64,000 nucleotides of DNA from positions 16,692-80,691 of the forward strand of contig CAZABS010000001.1 in assembly GCA_964483635.1 (NCBI GenBank), read 5' to 3'. The notes beneath the pieces are model-generated. The model was not told the origin of the DNA. It saw nothing but the letters and a program-made list of their open reading frames with translations, and searched no databases. Source of the stretch: an uncultured Bdellovibrionales bacterium. Its GTDB lineage: Bacteria > Patescibacteriota > Minisyncoccia > Moranbacterales > UBA1568. Within the stretch, counting starts at the first letter, position 1. The number at the start of each line of letters is the position of its first letter. The position numbers and the translations under genes are program-made. This document shows positions 57,776-64,000 of this stretch, one piece after another.

Positions 57776-59146
57776 ATGAAGATCAAGCAGAATCGTCTGG
57801 TCATCATTCTTGGAACCTCAGACTTCAGCACCTCAATCGCAGGGCAACTGAACCAATCCCAGAAGGCGCGCGGGGAACCCGAAGTCATCGCCGCGCTTGT
57901 CGCACAGACGAATGGCTCCCTCAGCCAGGTAGAAAACTTCCTCGCGGCCCATCCGGAGACCAAGGTCATCGTGCTTCAAGCCCGTGTCTTCAAAGATCAC
58001 CTTCGGGATACAGCGAGGCACTTTATCAGCCGGAGGCTACAGGTTATCGTGATCATCCTCCCGACCGACGATCAACCACTGAAACATCTCGAGAAGCAAT
58101 ACCATTCACTCGGAGTGTCCGTAATTGGAGAGAATCGCGCCAACTTAATGGCACTTCTTGAGTCAACTATCCTGCGTCTCCTTAATCCATCAGCCGTAAC
58201 CCAGAGGAGGGAATTTGCCCGCCCACAGCCTGAAGATCATGACGCTGGTGCAGCGCCAAAGCGACTATACCGCAGGGCTTCTCCTCAAGATATCCCTCAG
58301 GTTCAAAGCTACGTAAACCTCCTCGGATTCGACGATGTCGACTTGGGAAATACATCCTCTCTGGATCTGGATGAGACAGCTCAAGAACCTCCCCCGCCCA
58401 CTTTGCCGTCAGGATCCCACACCGAGCGCCAAGTACACGTATCTTGGGCTCTTTCCTCTCGCGTACCGACACGCACTGCCTCTCAGCAAACGACCGCCCC
58501 GAGGAAAACTCCAACTATATCAGTGTCGAATACTTCGATCGACGCGGCCGAAGCCACAACCTCGGATCGTGAAAATACTTGTACGCGCATCGGGAGGATT
58601 GAGCATCTTGAGAGCGAACAAGATCAACTCCGGAGAAAACTAGAGGAGCTCCAGGAACAGTTCACCCAAGAACAAACCGCCATTCGCTCGGCCTTGGAAC
58701 AAGCTGGCGATGCCCTTCTTTTCGCTGTGGCGGCACTGCGGAAAATTCCCCTGACGGTTCGTCCGCTCGAAACAACGACTGCACCAACTGGGCTCTGCGC
58801 ACCCCAGTTGGAGAAGTCTACCGTAACACCGAGTGAGGGGTCTCCGGCTACCTCAGCCACCCTCCCTCTCTCCAGAGAAACTCCGGGGGAAAATCGTGCC
58901 GAAGATACTGAGGAAAAGAGTCAGTTGTCTCGTGATTCTATCTTCTCTCCTCGAGAACGAGAACTTCTCCAGATCTTGCGGAGCAACAATAGCAACATCG
59001 TCCATTACAAGGAGCTCGTGGAGCGGTTTGTGAGTCAAGGAAATATAGCCATGCTCGTAAGCAAGATCCGAGCCAGGGCCAAAAACAATTCACTCCCCGA
59101 TCCCATCAAGACATATCCTGGGATTGGATTATCGGCTCAGCGCTAG
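57776..59146 (+). CDS. Putative transcriptional regulator with a C-terminal OmpR/PhoB-type winged-helix domain
   Basis: C-terminus FSPRERELLQILRSNNSNIVHYKELVERF...MLVSKIRARAKN matches the trans_reg_C pattern (L(T/S)P+E.ELL..L......V.SR..L...VW.........V.I.RLRKKL). The N-terminus is only weakly receiver-like, followed by a long low-complexity middle. Start set at the ATG after the GGAGG RBS. Confidence 0.5.
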   Translation: MKIKQNRLVIILGTSDFSTSIAGQLNQSQKARGEPEVIAALVAQTNGSLSQVENFLAAHPETKVIVLQARVFKDHLRDTARHFISRRLQVIVIILPTDDQPLKHLEKQYHSLGVSVIGENRANLMALLESTILRLLNPSAVTQRREFARPQPEDHDAGAAPKRLYRRASPQDIPQVQSYVNLLGFDDVDLGNTSSLDLDETAQEPPPPTLPSGSHTERQVHVSWALSSRVPTRTASQQTTAPRKTPTISVSNTSIDAAEATTSDRENTCTRIGRIEHLESEQDQLRRKLEELQEQFTQEQTAIRSALEQAGDALLFAVAALRKIPLTVRPLETTTAPTGLCAPQLEKSTVTPSEGSPATSATLPLSRETPGENRAEDTEEKSQLSRDSIFSPRERELLQILRSNNSNIVHYKELVERFVSQGNIAMLVSKIRARAKNNSLPDPIKTYPGIGLSAQR

Positions 59147-59192
59147 AGCCGAAGCATTTGGGAAGACTCATCGAGTCCTCCCGTTTTTTTTA

Positions 59193-59286
59193 AATGAATT
59201 CTCTCCTTGCCAAGCCTTCTCGCGCCATGCTAGCCTCGAAACAAAGGAGATCCTTACCAACCAACCCACTACGAGAAAGGAATGGT
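59193..59286 (+). promoter_or_regulatory. Conserved 5' leader (copy 2), preceded by a T8 run
   Basis: See copy 1; the core is at 59193–59220. Confidence 0.5.
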
Positions 59287-60027
59287 ATGACTTCCATCAT
59301 CCTCTATGGAAGCAAGAGAGAGACTCAATCATTACACCTGGCACTCACGCATATCGGTGTCGGAGCTATCCTCACTGATTCAGTCTCCCCAAGCATCGCC
59401 CGCCGCTACTTTGATCGATGGCCAAAACCGGCTGGCATGGTGATATTCCCCGGGGTACTCTCCACTGACTTGCCAGACACACTCACTCCGTTGCAGGATT
59501 GTCCTGGAAACATCATCCTCCTCACCCACCTCCAAGGGCAGCGCTCGCCAGAGGGAGTCCGCAGTCTAGGCGTCGCTTATTGGTTCGTTAATCTTCGAAT
59601 TACCGAGCGAATTGCTCTTGAACCAACCCTCATCACAAGTGCTGTCGCCAAAGCAATAAGTTCGAATGATGCTGTCCAGCCGATTTTCCTGTCAGATATC
59701 CCTCCAAAGCATAAGAAGGTTTCTTTCGAGCAGCCAACTCAGCCCAGAAAAGGATTCGAAGCAATCCTCGTAGCCGGAAGAGATTGCATACCAGACTCTC
59801 CCGGTCAAGCCAAAGTGCTCCGATTCCTGCAAAACAAGAGGAATTGGAATCTTCCGTTTTCAGCGAAAACGGTGGCTATAGAGACCCGGATGGTCACCCA
59901 CCAAGCATCAACTCACCTGCATCAGCTGATGGGTACTTTGCCGCCAGGGTGGCTCGAAACTGCTACATACGGTTTCTATACCTTCAACCCAGAAGGAGCT
60001 CATGCGGTATCTTTGGCAGATTTCTAG
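59287..60027 (+). CDS. Hypothetical protein, weak N-terminal paralogue of the upstream regulator
   Basis: MTSIILYGSKRETQSLHLALTHIGVGAIL vs MKIKQNRLVIILGTSDFSTSIAGQL. No DNA-binding domain recognised. Confidence 0.4.
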   Translation: MTSIILYGSKRETQSLHLALTHIGVGAILTDSVSPSIARRYFDRWPKPAGMVIFPGVLSTDLPDTLTPLQDCPGNIILLTHLQGQRSPEGVRSLGVAYWFVNLRITERIALEPTLITSAVAKAISSNDAVQPIFLSDIPPKHKKVSFEQPTQPRKGFEAILVAGRDCIPDSPGQAKVLRFLQNKRNWNLPFSAKTVAIETRMVTHQASTHLHQLMGTLPPGWLETATYGFYTFNPEGAHAVSLADF

Positions 60028-60063
60028 TCTGTCTCAAACATATAAGGTAACCTCGCCCTATCC

Positions 60064-60102
60064 TCGCCGAGACATCTCCGTGTCCCGGTGTCTTTTTTTT
60101 AT
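60064..60102 (+). terminator. Weak hairpin followed by a T8 run, candidate terminator of the 59287–60027 gene
   Basis: cgccgagaca...tgtcccggtg is an imperfect stem, followed by tctttttttt. Confidence 0.3.
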
Positions 60103-60119
60103 ACAAAACTAAAGAAAAT

Positions 60120-60149
60120 CCCCCGCCCGGTCAGATGACCAAGCGGGGG
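60120..60149 (-). terminator. Rho-independent terminator of pyrC (minus strand)
   Basis: 7-bp GC stem CCCCCGC/GCGGGGG with a 16-nt loop. On the minus strand it is followed by GATTTTCTTTAGTTTT. Confidence 0.6.
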
Positions 60150-60169
60150 CACGCAGCGAAGTTCAGCCG

Positions 60170-61261
60170 CTACGCTTCAACTCGCCACTGGAGCGTCTTG
60201 CCAGCGCAGAGCGGGACCACCGTTCCATTGGCTCCGAGCGGATACCAGCTCGGAACTTTGAAAGGGGCTCGCTGGAGCGTGATGCTTTCCAAACCGCGTG
60301 GAACCCGGTAGAAGTCGGCCCCGTGGATAGAGGTAAACCCACCGAGCTTGTCGAGCGCCCCGGCTTCCTCGAAGACTTCCGCGTAGAGGGCGAGGGCCGT
60401 CCTGTCGGTCGTATAGCACCCCGCACAGCCACAGGCAGCTTCCTTGTCGCCACGTTCATGCGGAGCGCTATCGGTACCCATGAAGAACTTCGGGTTACCG
60501 GATGTCGCAGCCGTAACCAGCGCTTGCCGATGTGCTTCACGCTTCAGAACCGGCAGGCAGTACCAGTGCGGACGGATTCCCCCGACGAGGAGCGCGTTGC
60601 GTGAGTAGCGTGCGTGCTGAGGAGTGATGGTCGCTGCCACGTTGGGCCCGGACTCACGCACGAACGACGCCGCCTCGGACGTGGTGATGTGCTCGAGCAC
60701 GATTCGCAGCCCCGGGAAGTCACGCACGATTTGTGTCGCGTAACGTTCGACGAAGATACGTTCGCGGTCGTAAACATCAACTCCGGCATCTGTCACTTCG
60801 CCGTGCACCGAGAGCACCACGTCTTCACGCTCCATTGCAGCCAGTGCCGGGTAGGCACGCTCGAGTGCTGTCACCCCCGAGTCCGAGTTGGTTGTCGCGC
60901 CAGCCGGATAATACTTGAAGGCTAGTACGAAACCCGTGTCTTTGGCAAACCTGACGTCCTGGGGCAAAGTGTTGTCAGTGAGGTACTGCGTCATCCAGAT
61001 GGAGATGGGTTGTTCCCTTCCTTCTGGAATCGCATTCTGGATCTCCTCTCGGTACGCGAGCACCGCAGGTCCGGTTGTCAGGGCCGGCTTAGTGTTCGGC
61101 ATGACGAGGACATGCTCAAAGAGGAGCGACTCTCTCACCAAGTGCCTCAAGATATCTTGGCCTTGACGCAAATGGCGGTGCCAGTCGCCGGGCCGACTCA
61201 TCCGAATCCGATTGACCGGTGGAACAACGGTTTTTTCCAATTCACCTACTTCCATAGCCAT
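60170..61261 (-). CDS. pyrC: Dihydroorotase, class II (E. coli PyrC type)
   Basis: DWHRHLRQGQ (HxH), VLEHITTSEAASFVRESGPNVAATITPQHARYSRNALLVGGIRPHWYCLPVLKR and FFMGTDSAPHERGDKEAACGCAGCYT are nearly collinear with E. coli PyrC (VFEHITTKDAADYV...ATITPQH...LGTDSAPH...SCGCAGCF). Start set at MAMEV. Confidence 0.85.
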   Translation of the reverse strand: MAMEVGELEKTVVPPVNRIRMSRPGDWHRHLRQGQDILRHLVRESLLFEHVLVMPNTKPALTTGPAVLAYREEIQNAIPEGREQPISIWMTQYLTDNTLPQDVRFAKDTGFVLAFKYYPAGATTNSDSGVTALERAYPALAAMEREDVVLSVHGEVTDAGVDVYDRERIFVERYATQIVRDFPGLRIVLEHITTSEAASFVRESGPNVAATITPQHARYSRNALLVGGIRPHWYCLPVLKREAHRQALVTAATSGNPKFFMGTDSAPHERGDKEAACGCAGCYTTDRTALALYAEVFEEAGALDKLGGFTSIHGADFYRVPRGLESITLQRAPFKVPSWYPLGANGTVVPLCAGKTLQWRVEA

Positions 61262-61355
61262 TGCTTTTCCTTTCCCGTTTAGATTCGATTTTCCCTTCGA
61301 TTCATGAAGGGTTGTTGAGTACTTCTCCTTTTCTTTTCCTTTCTTTCGGTTCAGG

Positions 61356-62369
61356 TTAACGGAAATCGTCGGCGAACCAGTCCACGAAGCGTGAGCTTGC
61401 AAGGAAGTCGGCAAAGAAACGAGCCGCCTGGGGATGCCACACTGGACCAGAGGTGCACTGCACTGCCGAGGCACCCGCCTGAAGTGTGTCTACGACATCA
61501 TCGCCTGTGAGATTTCCACCACTTGCGACAAGGTCAACATGTTCCCACGGCGCGAGCCAAGAAACAATCTGACGGATCAGCTCATGCGAGATCTCCTTCA
61601 CGATGGGGCCAGAGAGTCCGGCTCGTCCTTCATAGGGGCTTGTCACCGGTCGGCCATCTTCGCCGAAAGCCCGGCAGCCAGGAAGTGTGTTGCAAGCGAC
61701 AAATGCCTTGATGAAGGGGTACTGAAGGAGCAGCCGTACATATTGCTTGGCGTATCCCTCAGGCACCGTGAGCGTCTCGTCAAAGTTGAAACGTGGATAC
61801 GCCAGAGCCAGCTGGTCACGCCGCTTTTCCGTAATGAGTGGGGCGAGTTTCCACCAGATCGGCTTCGTCAGATGGCCTCTCGCCACCTCGGCATGAATCG
61901 CTCTCAGCGTGTCGGCTGTCGCGTCCAGTTGGTAGCACATCGGCGGTTTGCCGGTGTTGCCACAGCTCGCGTTGGCCTCGTGACCAGCAACGCTCACTGA
62001 CTCGTCCGCCATGCACATGGACTCGGCATATTGGTTCGGACTGAAGCCAGCGTGACTCACCAAAGTTGGACGATCAAGTGGCACAGTCTCCAGGGTTTCT
62101 ATTCCCTCTTTTTCCCCAATGTTCGGCATACCCCTCGAGTTGAGCCCGCCGCCAACGTCGAGAAATTCCCTCCAGCTCAGTGGCCACTGGAGCACCGCTC
62201 CCTCGTTTTGATGTCGTGGTTCGGGAGTGAGAGAGCCAACCACATAGGCTCCCAGGGGGACATCTTGACCAATCAAAGACAGAAGATCCCGTGGGTACTT
62301 GGCAAAGCCGGCTCCAATCATGATGGGCCAGCGCATGGCAATACCACCGACAATATACGACTTTTCCAT
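61356..62369 (-). CDS. Dihydroorotate dehydrogenase family protein (class 1-like)
   Basis: GGGLNSRGMPNIGEKEG (GlN..G..N.G), NASCGNTGKP (like the N.SCPN catalytic-Cys block) and GLSGPIV...LVASGGNLTGDDVVDTLQAGASAVQCTSG (C-terminal FMN-binding block). Confidence 0.55.
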   Translation of the reverse strand: MEKSYIVGGIAMRWPIMIGAGFAKYPRDLLSLIGQDVPLGAYVVGSLTPEPRHQNEGAVLQWPLSWREFLDVGGGLNSRGMPNIGEKEGIETLETVPLDRPTLVSHAGFSPNQYAESMCMADESVSVAGHEANASCGNTGKPPMCYQLDATADTLRAIHAEVARGHLTKPIWWKLAPLITEKRRDQLALAYPRFNFDETLTVPEGYAKQYVRLLLQYPFIKAFVACNTLPGCRAFGEDGRPVTSPYEGRAGLSGPIVKEISHELIRQIVSWLAPWEHVDLVASGGNLTGDDVVDTLQAGASAVQCTSGPVWHPQAARFFADFLASSRFVDWFADDFR

Positions 62370-62407
62370 TGTTTCCTCGCTTTCCTCTGTTGTTCAGGTA
62401 CGAAAAA

Positions 62408-62425
62408 GGAACCGATTTTGGTTCC
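62408..62425 (-). terminator. Rho-independent terminator of the NYN gene (minus strand)
   Basis: GGAACC gatttt GGTTCC is a perfect 6-bp stem preceded on the plus strand by an A5 run (a T-run on the minus strand). Confidence 0.5.
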
Positions 62426-62470
62426 TCCTTACGTCCCCACCTTATCAAGATTGTTTTCGCTGGTCAAACT

Positions 62471-62968
62471 CTAAATAAGGAATCTTTTTTTGTTCAGAGA
62501 GAGATTGGTGAACTCATCTGCTTTCTCGATAAGCTTGGCACTTGCCGACTCAGCAAAAGCAATTACCTCCACCCGGCAGCCATAGGTGTTCTGGAGATAC
62601 TCCACCAGATGAACATAATCTCCGTCCCCAGAAACAAGAACCACCACATCAAGCTTGGCAGCCATCTTCACGGCATCAATCGCAATACCAACATCCCAGT
62701 CGCCTTTTCTCGAACCATCTGGAAAAATTTGAAGATCTTTTGTTTTGACATCGTACCCACTTTTCGTCAGGGCTTCAAAAAATTTTTCTTCCATTCCTTC
62801 AGTGGTCTTGATCCCATACGCGAGTGCCCGGATAAGTTTGCGCTCATTGGTCGCCACATCCAATACAGATTTGAAATTCACTTTTTTGCTATATAAAACG
62901 CGCGCACTGTAATAGAGATTCTGAATATCAACGAGCACACCGACGCGTTGTTCGCTAAATTTTGTCAT
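62471..62968 (-). CDS. NYN-domain (LabA-like) protein
   Basis: RVGVLVDIQNLYYSAR and VVLVSGDGDYVHLVEYLQ match NYN/LabA-like motifs. Confidence 0.7.
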   Translation of the reverse strand: MTKFSEQRVGVLVDIQNLYYSARVLYSKKVNFKSVLDVATNERKLIRALAYGIKTTEGMEEKFFEALTKSGYDVKTKDLQIFPDGSRKGDWDVGIAIDAVKMAAKLDVVVLVSGDGDYVHLVEYLQNTYGCRVEVIAFAESASAKLIEKADEFTNLSLNKKRFLI

Positions 62969-63006
62969 AAAAATATGTCACCCTTTAAGAAAATTATTAG
63001 AAACGA

Positions 63007-63026
63007 AATCGCCACTTGCGTGGCGA
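63007..63026 (-). terminator. Rho-independent terminator of rpsO (minus strand)
   Basis: ATCGCCAC ttgc GTGGCGAT is a perfect 8-bp stem with a T-rich tract on the minus strand (ttcgtttct). Confidence 0.55.
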
Positions 63027-63032
63027 TCTGGT

Positions 63033-63296
63033 TTACAACCCCAACTTCTTCACCAGCGTTTTGGCTGCCTTCTCATTGGTTCGTTCGAGATATGACATGA
63101 GACGTTTCCGTTTGGCCACCATCTTGAGAAGTCCTCTTCGGGAATGGAAATCTTTCTTGTTCTTCTTGAGATGAGTTGTCAGTCGCTTGATCTCTTCGGT
63201 AAAAAGGGCGATCTGGTACTCTGGAGAACCAGTATCCTTATCATGCCTCTTAACCTCACTCGTCACCTTGTCTTTCTGCTTGTGCGAAAGCGCCAT
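63033..63296 (-). CDS. rpsO: 30S ribosomal protein S15
   Basis: TGSPEYQIALFTEEIKRLTTHLKKNKKDFHSRRGLLKMVAKRKRLMSYL matches the S15 consensus. Start at MALSHKQK. Confidence 0.9.
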   Translation of the reverse strand: MALSHKQKDKVTSEVKRHDKDTGSPEYQIALFTEEIKRLTTHLKKNKKDFHSRRGLLKMVAKRKRLMSYLERTNEKAAKTLVKKLGL

Positions 63297-63457
63297 ATGA
63301 TTGTCAGCTCTCCTCTCGCTCATCTCCTTCAAGACGAACCAAAGTAGGCTCAATAAAAATTAGAATATAGCTATTCTGGCACGATTCACCTTCCTTGGCA
63401 AGCATGACGCGTTTTGTGCTAGACAAATCGAGCTGTCTCCGGTACCGTGGAAGCGCT

Positions 63458-64000
63458 ATGCCAAAAACAACACTCATTCTCAAAATTGGTGGGAGCATCG
63501 TAACCGAAAAGTATCGATCTACTCCGGCCATCAGACGCCAATTGGTTATCCAAATAGGCAAAGTGATCAAGCGCTTTTATAAGCCAAGCAAGCACCAACT
63601 CATTCTCATTCACGGAGCTGGATCTTTTGGTCATATCTCAGCAAAGAAATTTGGTCTCACACATGGGACTCGCGATTCTCTGAAAAAACTCCCGGCAGCT
63701 CTTGCAAACAAAACCCTTGATCAGCATCTCAACGTAACGCTCGCACATCTTTTTCAATCTGTTGGTCTCCCAGTAACTGGAATTAATACTTCTTCATCGG
63801 TACTGAATCGAGCAGGAAAATTTCATACGATATTTACTGAACACCTCAACGCCGCTCTTCGTATCGGGGCTATTCCCCTACTCCATGGGGATATGGTATT
63901 CGATCAAGTGTGGGGAATGTCTATTTGTTCTGGTGACGTTCTCCTTCCAGAGCTTGCAAAACATTTTCGATCAGAGCGAGTGTTTTATGCCAGTGACGTT
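63458..64000 (+). CDS. Amino-acid-kinase-fold protein, isopentenyl phosphate kinase-like (3' partial, runs off the window)
   Basis: TLILKIGGSIVTEK and ILIHGAGSFGH resemble the IPK motifs (KLGGS...; VHGGGSFGH). No stop codon before the window end. Confidence 0.55.
   Translation, partial: MPKTTLILKIGGSIVTEKYRSTPAIRRQLVIQIGKVIKRFYKPSKHQLILIHGAGSFGHISAKKFGLTHGTRDSLKKLPAALANKTLDQHLNVTLAHLFQSVGLPVTGINTSSSVLNRAGKFHTIFTEHLNAALRIGAIPLLHGDMVFDQVWGMSICSGDVLLPELAKHFRSERVFYASDV

Noticed and set aside
1-64000. CRISPR arrays, retrons, DGRs or IS elements
   Set aside because: No regularly spaced direct repeats, no reverse-transcriptase ORF and no DDE/IS-type transposase were found on either strand. The only integrases are one large serine recombinase and one XerC/D-like tyrosine recombinase.

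Overview
This 64 kb window is compositionally mosaic, judged by eye because I could not compute GC content. (1) About 1–27.4 kb is GC-rich and reads like an integrated mobile/defence island. It holds a divergent large serine recombinase and XRE regulator, a minus-strand RHH–N4/N6 DNA methyltransferase–PD-(D/E)xK endonuclease–DUF262 operon, and a RadC gene. It also holds two paralogous FtsK/HerA/T4CP-superfamily P-loop ATPases, the larger with an extra N-terminal domain and a C-terminal YraN/Hjc-like nuclease-like tail. Further along are a secreted-protein operon (PEP-CTERM protein, 288-aa secreted protein, 1369-aa lipase–PKD–HAF-repeat protein), an SGNH hydrolase and a lipoprotein. The island ends with a PIN-like protein next to an unknown-domain–TIR fusion protein and a single-pass membrane protein. 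(2) A tRNA-Leu(UAG) at 27823–27906 lies about 400 bp inside the following low-GC part. (3) About 27.4–57.6 kb is low-GC with a monoderm/CPR-like (Patescibacteria-like) gene repertoire. It contains a Gram-positive-type T4SS-like cluster: LysM–CHAP hydrolase, VirB6-like, VirB3-like, VirB4 split into two ORFs, two >1000-aa surface proteins and a CPBP/Abi protease. It also carries XerC/D, PcrA/UvrD, a membrane-domain–UbiA fusion, RsmA, an RlpA-like protein, ComM/YifB, LspA, a Cys-less DksA-like protein, YraN and PNPase. (4) About 57.6–62.4 kb is GC-richer again. It has two paralogous putative regulators that share a ~100-nt leader beginning with the same ATG-MNSLLAKPS segment, plus an E. coli-type pyrC and a class-1 DHODH-like gene. 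(5) From 62.4 kb the sequence is low-GC again: NYN-domain protein, rpsO and a 3'-partial isopentenyl phosphate kinase-like gene. No CRISPR array, reverse transcriptase or transposase was seen. The most interesting candidates for uncharacterised systems are the PIN-like/TIR-fusion/TM locus and the RadC–dual-ATPase(+nuclease tail) module. Every family assignment is from motif recognition by eye and needs an HMM or BLAST check.
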